64,000 bases of DNA from Squalus acanthias (lineage: Eukaryota): contig CM059431.1 in assembly GCA_030390025.1 (NCBI GenBank), forward strand, positions 131,318,001-131,382,000, given 5' to 3'. The stretch's first letter is position 1. Every line of letters starts with the position of its first letter. Shown piece after piece: positions 12,110-25,427 of this stretch. The notes below the pieces were generated by a model that had not been told where the DNA came from, made no database searches, and saw nothing but the letters and a program-made list of their open reading frames with translations. A program made the position numbers and the translations under genes.

Positions 12110-15100
12110 CGGGAATGGTAGCATAGTGGTTATGTTACTGGACTAGTAATCTAGAGGCCTGGACTAATGATCCAGAGATGTGTTTTCACTACGGCAGCTG
12201 GGGAATTTAAATTCAGTTAATTAAATTTTAAAAATCTGGAATAAAAAAGCTAGTATCGGTAATAGTGACCATGAAACTACCGGATTGTCACAAAAACCCA
12301 TCTGGTTTACTAATGTCCTTTACGGAAGGAAATCTGCCATCCTTACCTGGTCTGGCCTGGCCTATATATGACTCCAGACCCACAGCAATGTGGTTGACTC
12401 TTAAGTGCCCTCTGAAATGGCCGAGCAAGGCACTCAGTTGCACCAAACTGCTACAAAAAACAATAAGAAGAATAAAACTGGATGGGCCACCCAGCATCAA
12501 CCTTGGCACCGGCTTCGGACATGACAAAGGCACACCCAGCCCAGTCGACCCTGCAAAGTCCTCCTCATTAACATCTGGGGACTTGTGCCAAAATTGGGAG
12601 AGCTGTCCTACAGACTGGTCAAGCAACAGCCTGACATAGTCATACTCACAGAATCATACCTTTCAGCCAATGTCCCAGACTCCTCCATCACCATCCCTGG
12701 GTATGTCCTGTCCCACCGGCAGAACAGACCCGCCAGAGGGGGTGGTACAGTGATACATAGTAGGGTGGCAGTGGCCCTGGGAGTTCTCAACATTGACTAC
12801 GGACCCTATGAAGTCTCATGGCTTCAGGTCAAGCATGGACAAGGAAACCTCCTGCTGATTACCACCTACCGCCCTCCCTCAGCTGATGAATCAGTGCTCG
12901 TCCATGTTGAACACCACTTGGAAGAAGCACTGAGGGTAGCAAGCGCACAGAATGTTCTCTGGGTGGGGGACTTCAATGTTCATCACCAAGAGTGGTTTGG
13001 TTGCACCACTACTGACCGAGCTGGCCGAGTCCTGAAGGACATAACTGCCAGACTTGGCCTGTGGCAGGTGGTGAGGGAACCAACACAAGGGGAACAACCT
13101 ACTTGACCTCGTCCTCATCAATCTACCTGTTGCAGATGCATCTGTCCATGACCGTATTGGTAGCAGTGACCACTGCACAGTCCTTATGGAGACAAAGACC
13201 CGTCTTCACACTGAGGATACCCTCTATCGTGTTGTGTGACACTACCACCGTGTTAAATGAGATAGATTCAGAATAGATCTAGCAGCTCAAAACTGGGCAT
13301 CCGTGAGGCGCTGTGAGCCATCAGCAGCAGCAGAATGGTATTCCACCACAATCTGTAACCTCCTGGCCCGGCATAGCCCTCACTCTACCATTACCATCAA
13401 GCCAGGGGACCAACCCTGGTTCAATGCTGAGTGTAGAAGAGTATGCCAGGAGCAGCACCAGGCGTACCTAGAAATAAGCTGCCAACCTGGGGAAGCTGCA
13501 ACACAGGACTCATGCATGCTAAATAGTGGAAGCAGCATGTTATAGACAGAGCTAAGCGATCCCACAACCAACAGATCAAATCAGATTCTGCAGTCTGCCA
13601 CCTCCAGTCGTGAAAGGTGGTGGACAATTAAACAACTAACAGGAGGAGGAGGAGGCTGCATGAACATTCCCATCCTCAATGATGGTGGAGCCCAGCATGC
13701 GAGTGCAAAAGACAAGGCTGAAGTGTTTGCAATCATCTTCAGACAGAAATGGCGAGTGGATGATCCATCTCGGCCTCCTCCTGAGGTCCCCACCATCTCA
13801 GAAACCAGTCTTCAGCCATTCCGATTCACGCCACGTGATATCAAGAAAGGGTTGAACGCACTAGATACAGAAAAGGCTATGGGCCCCCAACAACATCCCG
13901 GCTGTCATGCTGAAGACTTGTGTTCCAGAACTAGCCGTACCTCTAGCCAAGCTGTTCCAATACAGCTACAACACTGGCTTCTACCAGACAATGTGGAAAA
14001 CTGCCCAGGTATGTCCTGTCGACAAAAAGCAGGACAAATCCAATCTGGCCAATTACCGCCCCATCAGTCTACTCTCAATCATCAGCAAAGTGATGGAAGG
14101 TGTCGTCAACAGTGCTATCAAGCAGCATTGACTCACCAATAATCTTCTCACCGATGCTCAGTTTGGGTTCCGCCAGAACCACTCGGCTCCAGACCTCATT
14201 ACAGCCTTGGTCCAAAAATGGACAGAAGAGCTGAATTCCAGAGGTGAGGTGAGAGTGACTGCCCCTGACATCAAGGCAGCATTTGACTGTGCATCAAGGA
14301 GCCCTAGTAAAATCGAAGTCAATGGGAATCAGGAGGAAAACTCTCTACTGGTTTGAGTCATACCTAGCACGAAGGAAGTTGGTTGTTGAAGTTGGTTGTT
14401 GTTATTGGAGGCCAATCCTCTCAGCCCCAGGACATCGCTGCAGGAGTTCCTCTGGGCAGTATCCTAGGCAGTATCCTAGGCCCAACCATCTTCAGCTGCT
14501 TCATCAATGACCTTCCCTCCATCATAAAGTCAGAATTGGATGTTCGCTGATGATTGCACAATGTTCAGTTCCATTCGCAACTCCTCAGATAATGAAGCAG
14601 TCCATGCCTGCATGCAGCACGACCTGGACGACATTCAGGCTTGGGCTGATAAGTGACAAGTAACATTTGCACCACACAAGTGTCAGGCAATAACTGTCTC
14701 CAACAAGAGAGTCTAACCACTGCCCCTTGACATTCAACGGCATTACCATCGCCGAATCCCCCACCATCAACATCAGGGGGTCACCATTAACCAGAAACTT
14801 AACTGGACCAGCTACATAAATACTGTGGCTGCAAGAGCAGGTCAGAGGCTGGGTATTCTGCAACGAGTGTCTCACCTCCCGACTCAACGAAGCCTTTCCA
14901 CCATCTACAAGGCACATATCAGGAGTGTGATGGAATATTCTCCACTTGCCTGGATGAGTGCAGCTCCAACAACACTCAAGAAGCTCGACACCATCCAAGA
15001 CAAAGCAGCCCGCTTGATTGGCACCTCATCCACCACCTTAAACATTCACTCCCTCCAGCACCAATACACCATGGCTGCAGTGTGTACCATCTACAAGATG

Positions 15101-15443
15101 CACTGCAGCAACTCGCCAAGGCTTCTTCGATAGCACCGCCCAAACCTGCAACCTCTACCACCTAGAAGGACAAGGGCAGCAGGCGCATGGGAAGACCACC
15201 ACCTCCAAGTTCCCTTCCAATTACACGCCATCCTGACTTGGAAATATATCGTCGTTCCTGCATCGTCGCTGGGTCAAAATCCTGGAACTCCCTCCCTCAC
15301 AGCACTGTGGGAGCACCTTCAACATACGGACTGCAGCGGTTCAAGAAGGCGGCTCACCAGCACCTTCTCAAGCAATTAGGGATGGACAATAAATGCTGGC
15401 ATTGCCAGCGATGCTCACATCCCATAAACGAATAAAAAAAAAA
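12110..15443 (+). mobile_element. Apparently full-length non-LTR retrotransposon (APE endonuclease + RT, frameshifted) with tRNA-like 5' head; clade uncertain (RTEX-like or CR1-group)
   Basis: Endonuclease motifs NIWGL..KLGEL, IVILTES, YRPPS, VGDFN and SDH. RT motifs NYRPISLLSIISKVME, DIKAAFD and FADD. C-terminal YKAHIRSVMEY, then an A-rich tail. The head TAGCATAGTGG resembles an A-box. Confidence 0.9.
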
Positions 15444-15899
15444 GAGCCTAGCTCAATTGTTAAGATTATGCCCCTTGTTCTGGACTCTCCGACCAGAGGA
15501 AATAGTTTCTGTCTATCTACCCTATCAAATTCTTTAATAATATTAAACGTCTCAATTAGATCACCCCTTAATCTTCTATGTTCAAGGGAATACAAGCCTA
15601 GACTAAGCAACCTGTCTTGATAATTTAACCCTTTTAGCCCCGGTATCATTCTGGTAAATTTGCGCTGCATCCCCTCCAAGGCCAGTATATCCTACCTGAG
15701 GGGTGGTGGCCAGAATTGAATGCAGTACTCCTGATGTGGTACAGCCAGAGCATTTTCACCCCAATGTATTCCAGCCCTCTGAAGATAAATTCCATTAGCC
15801 TTTTTAATTATGTTTTCGACCTGTCCACTAACTTTTAGTGATTTCTGTACTTGAACCCTAAATTTCTCTGCTGATCCACAGTTCCCAGCTTCTCGCCAT

Positions 15900-16345
15900 T
15901 TAGCACCCTCGCCTCTGACTCAGAAGGTTAAGGCTTCACGTCCCACTACAGAGACTTGACCACAAAAATCTAGGCTGACACTCCAGTGCAGTACTGAGGG
16001 AGTGCTGCACTGTTGGAGGTGCCATCTTTCGGATGAGACATTAAATCGAGGCCCCGTCTGCTCTCTCAGGTGGACGTAAAAGATCCCATGGCACTATTTC
16101 AAAGAAGAACAGGGGAGTAATCCCCGGTGTCCTGGCCAATATTTTTTATCCCTCAATCAACATCACTAAAACAGATTATCTGGTCATTATCACATTGCTG
16201 TTTGTGGGAGCTTGCTGTGTGCATATTGGCTGCTGCATTTCCTGCATTACAACAGTGACGACACTTCAAAAATACTTCATTGGCTGTAAAGCACTTTGGG
16301 ACGTCCAGTGATCGTGAAAGGCGCTATATAAATGCAAGACTTTCT
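15900..16345 (+). mobile_element. tRNA-derived Deu-domain SINE
   Basis: tRNA-like head (CGCCTCTGACTCAGAAGG) and a central TGCAGTACTGAGGGAGTGCTGCACTG...GTAAAAGATCCCATGGCACT block recognised as the Deu core. The tail is GGCGCTATATAAATGCAAG. Confidence 0.8.
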
Positions 16346-16787
16346 GCTTTATTTAGAAAATACTCTGATCTATCTTTCTTGGGTCCAGAGTGGGTCCATC
16401 TGCCACAGTTTTGCCCATTCACTTAATCTATCAATGTACCGTTGCAACTTTCTGCTCCCATCTGCGCTATTTACTGTGCCACTTAACTTAGTGGCGTCAG
16501 CAAATTTAGATATACAGCTCTCTATTTCTTCATCCGAGTCATTTATAAATATAGTGAAAAGCTGCGAGCCCAGTATAGATCCTGGGGGACACCACTAGCC
16601 ACATCCTGCCAATTTGAGTACATACCCATTATCCCTCCTCTCTGTCTCCTACCTCCTAACCAATTCCCTACCCACGCCAATAGCTGGCCTCCAATTGCAT
16701 GCACTCTCATTTTTGTTAACAGTACTCATCATCTCAGATTGAACTATATAAACCCATTAAACCCTTATCTTCAAGGCCTCTCATAAG

Positions 16788-16952
16788 CAATGTTCCCTGG
16801 AAGCTGCGCTTTGTTCTGCGCGGCCTGTTTCTTTTAATGCGCGGTCCCTTAAAATGTTTGCGCATGTGCGGTATTTACAGTGTAAAAGCCGGTGAGTGGC
16901 CTGCGTGCGACCTTTGAGTTTACTGCACGGCTGCACCTTAGCAGGAACATTG
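16788..16952. mobile_element. 165 bp hAT MITE with perfect 8 bp TSD
   Basis: TIRs CAATGTTCC / GGAACATTG. CTCATAAG is duplicated at 16780-16787 and 16953-16960. Confidence 0.9.
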
Positions 16953-18909
16953 CTCATAAGCCAATTCTTAAAGTATCTATGGTTACCTGGCGGGAAAAAC
17001 CCAAATCCAGACTTGGCTCCACTGATTACCATACCTATATTTAAAAGTGAAAAGCGTATTTTCAGATTGTTGCATGAAGCTTACAGCAAAATATACCATA
17101 CCTTGACTGGAGTGAAAAACTTAATCTTCACAGGGACCATTAAAATGTAAAATCCACATCTCGTTGGTTTCTGCTGAAAGAGTTGTTGCACATTCTGTAA
17201 CAAGATTTCAAACAACAGCCAAAATGGTGATAGTAAAGCTGAGAGTATTGGAACCTATTGTTACCAAAAAAAGAATGCTCCCCACATTCCCCCACAGAAT
17301 ATTTGTGACTGAAGTCTTAACATATGCAGGTGATAATCCAGCTGGCAGTTGTTGCAACATCGTTTTATCGTTCCAACTTTTAAATACTCCTTTTCCTTTT
17401 AACAGTCCCACAGCAGTTTTGGCAACCAGTCCTCATTTCCGCCCCGCATCCCCCCCCCCCCCCCCCCGCCATTCCAGATGTTTTATGCTGTCTTCCCATG
17501 CAGAGGTTAAATAAGACTTTCTTAATTCGAGTACACTGTATATTGGAACTTTCATAGGTCCATCCTGTGTATTCAATTACTGAACTGAATAGAAGATCCG
17601 AATTTATGCGGGTTTACAATTTAAAGCACAGTGAAGCATCACAGTTATCTGATATTACACAGCACAAGGCAATGTTCGAATATATAAAGCACTGGAAGTG
17701 CAGTGAGTTAATTGCTTTCACTGCTTTTTTTCAGCAGAAATGCAGCAGAAACTCCTAAAGACCTGAGTACTCGCACAGGGCAGTGCAATGTGTTTATCAA
17801 AATACTACTGGGTATGTTTTCCGCTGGAAGTGCCCATCCAATTTGACACCAAAAGGAGTAATAAACCAGGAAAACCACACTGGCGGTTTAGCACTAGTCT
17901 GAGCTTTCTGCACTGTGAAGAAGAACATTATTCCTAATATTTTAACATTGACTGCTTAATAATGCCATTTAAGTGCTTGTTAATTACTCTGAATGCTATT
18001 CTCCTCGTGTCCATTGTTCCCAAACTGGGTTTGCATTATTCTATCTGGAGGATAAGCAAACATTCTAGTGAGCATTACAATTACAGTATGCCCTGTCCTG
18101 GTGCACTGCAGGAAACAAAGTGCAGAGCAGGAGAGAAAAGTTCACAGAACACTCATGTAGACACCAAGAAACAAATGACTGTCAGCTAAAGAATTTCAAT
18201 GTCTGCAAAGGCTGAAGTTGTTCAGGGAGAGCTGTTTACCAACTTGTGTCACCTCATGAATGACCAGTTTCAGGGAAACTTTTCAGTCAGCAATCCCTTT
18301 CTTCTGGCATTCAAGGTAACAAGAAGTTTCAATTTTGTAATGTTTTGTCACATGGTTTAGTGTGAGCATGCTCAGTTCGCTCTGGCCTAGTAAAGCAAGC
18401 ACATGGACTAGCAACTCATCCTGTCTCTGCCGTTCATTTGCTCTACCCACATGTATTACAAATTTCTATGTCACTGATGGCTTGCAGGTTTCAACAGGGG
18501 ATCTCACAGGAGTGAGCTCCATTAAGCTAGTAAACAGATGGCTGATGTGTTGTTTGGCCATGTGCACTAAAACATAACTTTGGTGCAGAACAGCTCCTGC
18601 AATTACCCATGACAACAGGGCTTCTACCAATGTGCATGAATCCCTACAATTTAGGGAATCATTAATTTTATTCATTTTGCTATTCGGGCACTATCCAGCA
18701 AAGCAATGTTCCTAAATCAAAAGGGCTTTTACTTCCTTAAGTGAGGATGGTATGTGATCTCCGATTGACATTAATGTTCACTTACCTGGGACTTCCCTAG
18801 ATTCATGATCCTGCATCAATTGAACGTTACCAAGCCCTTCTAAGGAAATGGAACTGGGACTCTAACACTTCTGCACAGCTTGCACACGAGGGCTGAGCTC
18901 TGACACAGT

Positions 18910-20028
18910 GGGGGGAATTTTCACATGATAAAAACGGGTGGGTTGCAAGCGTGGGGGGGAGGGGGGGGAGTTAAAGTTTTAAAAATCTAAAACCCGACTC
19001 CAACCCACCCACTTTCACCTTTTACTCAGGCGGGATGGAGGGCGGGCAGGAGGTGGGTTGGCATTTTAAATATTATAATGAGGCCGGAAGCCTCTACTTT
19101 AACCTGCTGTGCAGGTTTTACTGCAGGTGGCCGGGGATCCAGGCACTCGGGATTCCTGGTAGCTGCAGCGAGGCGGGCACAGCCTCGGGGAGCAATCCTT
19201 GTGGGCCGGGAGGAGCAGGAGTGTTTCCTCCTGGCCCCCAGGTTCACCCACCAGCAGCCCGCAGCCTGCCCCCCGGGTCAGGGGTTGGACCAGCCTCCTC
19301 GGGTCGGGGATCGTTTTCTCACTGCACCCCCGCCCCCCCCACCCCTCTGCCCTGCCCCGGGCTTGGAACCCCGCCCCCCCCCAGCACCTACCTGGTCCAG
19401 CGGCGTCCCTGGCCAGTGTGTGTTCCCCGCCCGACTACAAGATTTACAAGGATGTTGCTGGGAGTAGAGAATCTTAGCTATGAGGAAAGACTGGATAGGC
19501 TGGGTCTGTTTTCCTTGGAACAGAGGAGGCTGAGGGGAGACCTTATTGAGGTGTATAAAATTATGAGGGGCATAGATAAAGTGGATAGAAAGGACCTATT
19601 TCCCTCAGCAGAGGGGTCAAAAACCAGGGGGCACAGATTTAAAGTAATTGGGGGAAGGTTTAATGGGGATTTGAGGGGAAATTTCTTCACCCAGAGGGTT
19701 GTGGGGGTCTGGAACTCACTGCCTGAAAGGGTGGTAGAGGCAGGAATCCTAACCACATTTAAAAAGTACTTGGATGTGCACTTGGGGTGCTCTAACCTTC
19801 AGGGCTACGGACCAAGAGCTGGGAAGTGGGATTAGGCTGGAAAGCTCTTTGTTGGCCGGCGTGGACACGATGGGCCGAAATGGCCTCCTTCCGTGCTGTA
19901 ACTTTCTATGATTCTATGAAGCCAGCCTGTCAGTCAGTCAGTCACCCACCCTTTACATAGCATGCACGCAGTGGAGTTAAAACCGGTCCCCGCGCTCTGG
20001 GCGGCTGTGAAATGACAAATTCCAGCCC
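18910..20028. mobile_element. Harbinger-type MITE-like element (same family as 35866-36971)
   Basis: Ends GGGGGGAATTTT and AAATTCCAGCCC. 19020-19230 is visibly homologous to 35965-36195. No exact TSD. Confidence 0.65.
19437..19918 (+). mobile_element. CR1 LINE 3' fragment
   Basis: RFTRMLLGVENLSYEERLDRLGLFSLEQRRLRGDLIEVYK..FFTQRVVGVWNSLP, with a TTCTATGA tail. Confidence 0.93.
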
Positions 20029-21430
20029 TGTAAGTCTTGTGCCCGAACCATTGTGCTGATCAAGCAGGCCTTTGGTAGGTACCTGCAATGACCAGGCAGT
20101 TTCCTCATGTATGCCTCAGAAAAGACGAGCAAAATACTGATAGTGTGCTGCTTGCGGCTCAACACAACATTGCCATCGATAGAGATATCGGCATCCAGTT
20201 CAACAGTCATCAAAAGGCACCTGGGAATAATAGAATGAAGAGGAGCAATGATGTTTGCCCTGAGGAAGAAGAACCACTAGCAGCATAAGAACAGCAGTTG
20301 CTCTGAGCTGCCACACTGGCATATTTGATTTGAGTTCCCTGCATCTTACAGTAGCTCATAAACATGTTGATATCAGTTGGTATTTTCAACACAGGCGTAG
20401 AGATGTTTTAACTTTTGACAGCATTTATTTAACTAATGTGCATTACTGTGTATATGACCTACGTGTCTCCCTGCCTTTAAGGGAATGTACGTATGGATGT
20501 GTGAAAATAATCATTAATGTGCAAAGATTTATTTGTAATATAATGGAAATGGGTGCCACCAAGTGTGTGGGTGAGATAAATTTACACTGTATGTATGTGT
20601 GTGTGTGTGTTTGTGTCTGTCTATGTATGTACATATCGGTGCTCTTAATGCTCTTTCTTAATCATGTAGCTCCTAATCTAGCACCGTGCGGTGGACCAAG
20701 GCAGTACATCCTATGATAGTGAGGTGCCCTATGTCATGGAGAAGCCGAAGTCCCTCAGCCTCTGGCTGTTGGACTACTTACTTGTTCTTTTTCATGTTGT
20801 TACTTTAAATGCCAGTTTTCACGTACACTCAGTTGTTGTAATGCAGGATGAGGACTTTATTGAAACCTCATACTATCCACAACCAGTATAAATGCACAAG
20901 TCTTTTCATACTACAGCATTCCAGTATGAGAACGAGTTGCTGTTGAGATATCACACTATCCACGGTTCCAGTGTGAGCTGCTAAACCGTGTTCCCTTACA
21001 TTTCTTATACCAATTTTCACCTTTGATCACTACATTCCATGCATACTACCAATAAATCATCGTACATCAAAGATACATACAAGTGCCAACAGAATAACAA
21101 CATAAACCCAACAAACATGCACTTAACAGACCTAATTATTTTATTGCTGTGATAAAGTCTCCATTCCCCTAAACACAAATGATCTGATCCCTAACCGGAT
21201 AGGCACACAGGTCAGCCCTCTGATCTGTGGAGACACATTTTGCTTTAAAAAAAAACCCTTACACAATTTGCAACCCATGCTCAGCAGAAAACTGTTTTAA
21301 CTTTCAACTCATGGTGTGCTGGTCTCACAGACTGCGCAGAAAGAATAGCGAGGTACCCAAGTAGTGTGAATCCTTGTTTCCACACTGGCCACAAACAATT
21401 CTGATGCACCAGTGTCCGTTCCATCAACTT

Positions 21431-24400
21431 ACATAGAAACATAGAAAATAGGTACAGGAGTAGACCATTCGGTCCTTCGAGCCTGCACCGCCATTCAATG
21501 CGTTCATGGCTGAACATGCTACCTCAGTACCCCATTCCTGCTTTCTCGCCATACCCCTTGATCCCCCTAGTTGTGAGTGTTATATCTAACTCCCTTTTGA
21601 ATATATTTAGCGAACTGGCCTCAACAACCTTCTGTGGAAGAGAATTCCATAGATTCACCACTCTCTGGGTGAAGAAGTTCCTCCTCAGCTCAGTCTTAAA
21701 TGGCTTCCCCTTAATCCTTAGACTGTGACCCCTGGTTCTAGTTTTCCCCAACATTGGGAACATTCTGCCCGCATCTAATTTGTCTAAACCAGTCAGGATT
21801 TTAAATGTCTCTATAAGATCCCCCCTCATTCTTCTGAACTCCAGAGGATACAAGTTCAGTTGACCCAATCTTTCTTGATATGTCAGTCCGGCCATCCCAG
21901 GAATCAATCTAGTGAACCTTCGCTGCACTCCCTCAATAGCAAGAATGTCCTTCCTTAAGTTAGGAGACCAAAACTGCGCACAATACTCCAGGTGTGGCCT
22001 CACCAAGGCCCTGTACAACTGCAGCATCACCTCCCTACTCCTGTACTCAAATCCCCTTACTATGAAGGCCATCATTCCGTTTGCTTTCTTGACTGCCTGC
22101 TGCACTTGCATTCCCACCTTCAGTGACTGATGTACCATGACGCCCAGGTCTCGTTGCACCTCCCCTTTCCCTAATCTGCCACCATTCAGGTAATAGTCCG
22201 CCTCTCAATTTTTACCACCAAAGTGGATAACCTCACATTTATCCACATTGTACTTCATCTGCCATACATTTGCCCATTCACCCAACCTGTCCAAGTCACT
22301 CTGTAGCCTCCTAGCATCCTCCTCATTGTTCACACTGCCTCCCAATTTAGTGTCATCCGCAAATTTGGAGATATTACATTTAATCCCTTCGTCCAAATCA
22401 TTAATATATAATGTAAACAGCTGGGGTCCCAGCACCGAACCCTGCGGTACCCCGCTGGTCACTGCCTGCCATTCTGAAAAGTACCCATTTACTCCTACTC
22501 TTTGTTTCCTGTGTGCCAACCAGTTCTCAATCCACGTCAACACATTACCCCCAATCCCATGTGCTTTAACTTTGCTCACCAATCTCTTGTGTGGGACCTT
22601 GTTGAAGGCCTTCTGAAAGTCCAAATACACCACATCTACTGGTTCCCCCCTGTCCTCCCTATTGGAAACATCCTCAAAAAATTCCAGAAGATTTGTCAAG
22701 CATGATTTCCCTTTCACAAATCCATGCTGACTTGGACCTATCATGTCGCCACTTTCCAAATGGTCTGTTATGACATCTTTAATAATTGCTTCCATCATTT
22801 TACCCACGACCGATGTCAGGCTGACCGGTCTATAATTCCCTGCTTTCTCCCTCCCTCCTTTTTTAAAAAGAGGGGTTACATTGGCCACCCTCCACTCCAT
22901 CGGAACTGATCCAGAGTCTAAGGAATGTTGGAAAATGATCGTCAATGCATCCACTATTTCCAAGGCCACCTCCTTAAGTACTCTGGGATGCAGACCATCA
23001 GGCCCCGGGGATTTTTCAGCCTTCAGTCCCATCAATTTCCCCAATACCTTTTCCCGACTAATAAGGATTTCCCTCAGCTCCTCCCTCTTACCAGATCCTC
23101 TGACCCCTTTTATTTCCGGCAGGTTGTGTGTGTCCTCCACAGTAAACACCGAACCAAAGTACTTGTTCAATTGATCTGCCATTTCCTTGTTCCCCATTAC
23201 GACTTGCCCTGTTTCCGACTGCAGGGGACCTACGTTTGTTTTTACTAACCTCTTTCTTTTTACATATTTATAGAAGCTTTTGCAGTCCATTTTAATGTTC
23301 TCTGCAAGCTTCCTTTCATATTTTATTTTCCCTGCCCTAATCAAACCCTTCGTCCTCCTTTGCTGAGTTTTGAAGTTCTCCCAGTCCCCGGGTTTGCTGC
23401 TACTTCTGGCCAATTTGTATGCAACTTCCTTGGTTTTAATACTATCCCTGATTTCCCTTGTTAGCCATGGTTGAGCCACCTTCCCTTTTTTATTTTTACG
23501 CCAGACCGGGATGTACAATTGTTGTAGTTCATCCATGCGATCTCTAAATGTCTGCCATTGCCCTTCCACTGATAGCCCCTTAAATATCGCTTGCCAATTT
23601 AACCTCGCCAATTCACGCCTCATACCATCAAAGTTGCCCTTATTTAAGTTCTGGACCATGGTCTCTGACTTAACTGTTTCCTTCTCCATCCTAATGTAGA
23701 ACTCCACCATACTATGGTCACTCTTCCCCAGGGGGCCTCGTACCACAAGATTGCTGATTAGTCCTTCCTCATTACACAACACCCAGTCCAGGATGGCCTC
23801 CCCTCGAGTTGGTTCCTCAACATATTGGTTTAGGAAACCATCCCTTAAACACTCCAGGAAATCCTCCTCCACCGTATTGCTTCCAGTTTGAGTAGCCCAA
23901 TCTATATGCATATTAAAGTCACCCATGATAACTGCCGTGCCTTTTTTGCACGCACCTCTGATTTCCTGTTTCATACCCTCCCCCACCTCACCACTGCTGT
24001 TTGGAGGTCTGTACACAACTCCCACTAACGTTTTCTGCCCTTTGGTGTTCTGCAGCTCAACCCATATTGATTCCACATCCTCCAAGCTGATGTCCTTCCT
24101 AGCTATTGCATTAATCTCCTCTTTAACCAGCAATGCTACCCCACCCCCTTTTCCTTTTATTCTATCCTTTCTGAATGTTGAATACCCCTGGATGTTCAGT
24201 TCCCAGCCTTGATTGTTCTGGAGCCACGTCTCTGTAATCCCAATCACATCGTATCCGTTAACATCTATTTGCACAGTCAATTCATCCACCTTATTACGGA
24301 TACTCCTTGCATTAAGACACAGAGCCTTTAGGCTTATTTTATTAACATCCTTTGTCCTTTTAGACTTATGATTTAGTATGGCCCTTTGTGTTTCTTGCCT

Positions 24401-24464
24401 TTGTTTACTCGGCCTTCCCCTATTGTTTCTCACCCTTCTAACATTTGTTTCTGACTGCATATTA
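21431..24464 (-). mobile_element. Young CR1 LINE, ORF2 essentially complete (APE + RT) with one in-frame stop
   Basis: A 760-codon open frame (LNARSIRNK, ITETW, YRPP, MGDFN, SDH, LDFQKAF, PQGSVLGP, FADD) continues in the same frame after TGA at 22207-22205 to the stop at 21524. TTTCTATG tail. Confidence 0.97.
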
Positions 24465-25427
24465 CTTTCCCCACTGTCTGGATACATGCCACATGCATAC
24501 TATGCTCAGCATGACATGTATGTAGGAATTTGCATACCTGTGTGGGCTAGTGAAGTCATTAGCTGTGGAACTGTCGCATGGAAAGTCACACGGCTGACGA
24601 ACTTCCTGAGATAGCGCTCCTGTGTTTAAGGAGTTAAAGGTGGTTCCACTAATATTTGAACCCCTTTAACCTCCTGAATTTTGTCACCCAAGGCTCCTAT
24701 AGCTGTAGTGTGAGCATCCACTTAAAAAGCACTCACTGCTTATTATCTTGGTCAGTGTGGCTGGAACAGCGGCTGGCACTAGCTACAGTTTCAGGCTACA
24801 GAAGCTTTCCTCAATTGTCTTGCCATGTCTCTTCAGTCTGTTTGAGATGTTGGATGCAGAATCATGCAGAATATCTGGATCTTGCTGCAAGAGCTTCCCA
24901 TGGAGCCAGATGAAGTGCAAGCACTATTCACATAGTCCAGCACCATCTACTGAGAAGGATCTGCTCAGAGGCCAACTTCTTCAGACTTGTGTAGTGTGGT
25001 GGGACTTTGCTCAGCATCTCTGAGACTCTTTGAAGACTCCTTTAGTAACAGCCTCTGACCAATTGCGCTGTTACTTTCCAGCAGTATCTCCTTATTCTGT
25101 GCCACTGAAATGTATGGATTCCTCCTGCTACTCTTTCCCTAGAAGGCACCAGCAAACTGAACTTTTCCTATGGAGAGAGTACATGGGGCAATTGGACTGT
25201 GGACCTTCGCCTGTGAAGAAAGTAAATGGACTGCTGAGGCCCTGTTAAGATTATTATTCAGTAATGGCAGTACATAATGCATCAGTGTCTTTCCCCACTG
25301 TCTGGATACATGCCACATGCATACTATGCTCAGCATGACATGTATGTAGGAATTTGCATACCTGTGTGGGCTAGTGAAGTCATTAGCTGTGGAACTGTCA
25401 CATGGAAAGTCACACGGCTGACGAACT
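24465..25427. repeat. 139 bp direct repeat pair (24465-24603 and 25289-25427)
   Basis: CTTTCCCCACTGTCTGGATAC...CACACGGCTGACGAACT is present twice with one mismatch. Confidence 0.95.

Larger units (their letters stand above)
11860..16720 (-). mobile_element. Older CR1 LINE split by two insertions (pieces ~11860-12109, ~15444-15900, ~16350-16720)
   Basis: The 3' UTR piece ends TCACCCCTGAACAGC and resumes AGCCTAGCTC after the inserted LINE. MEGMQRKFTRMIPGLKGLNYQDRL is in ORF 15368-15679, with RT remnants at 16350-16720. Confidence 0.85.
18100..20290 (+). pseudogene. Degenerate Harbinger transposase interrupted by a MITE and a CR1 tail
   Basis: Fragments RELFTNLCHLM (~18226), GLQVSTGDLTGVS (~18480) and NQKGFY...MVCD (~18716). 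After the insertion come RTIVLIKQAFG and QHNIAIDRD (20040-20190). Confidence 0.65.

Noticed and set aside
20660..20891. Short ORF MDQGSTSYDSEVPYVMEK as a host exon
   Set aside because: No recognisable homology or credible splice pair. It lies where the decayed second gene of the 18-20 kb Harbinger would be expected.
24465..25427. Direct repeats as LTRs of a small LTR element
   Set aside because: No TG...CA ends, primer-binding site, polypurine tract or flanking TSD, and one copy is fused to a CR1 truncation point.
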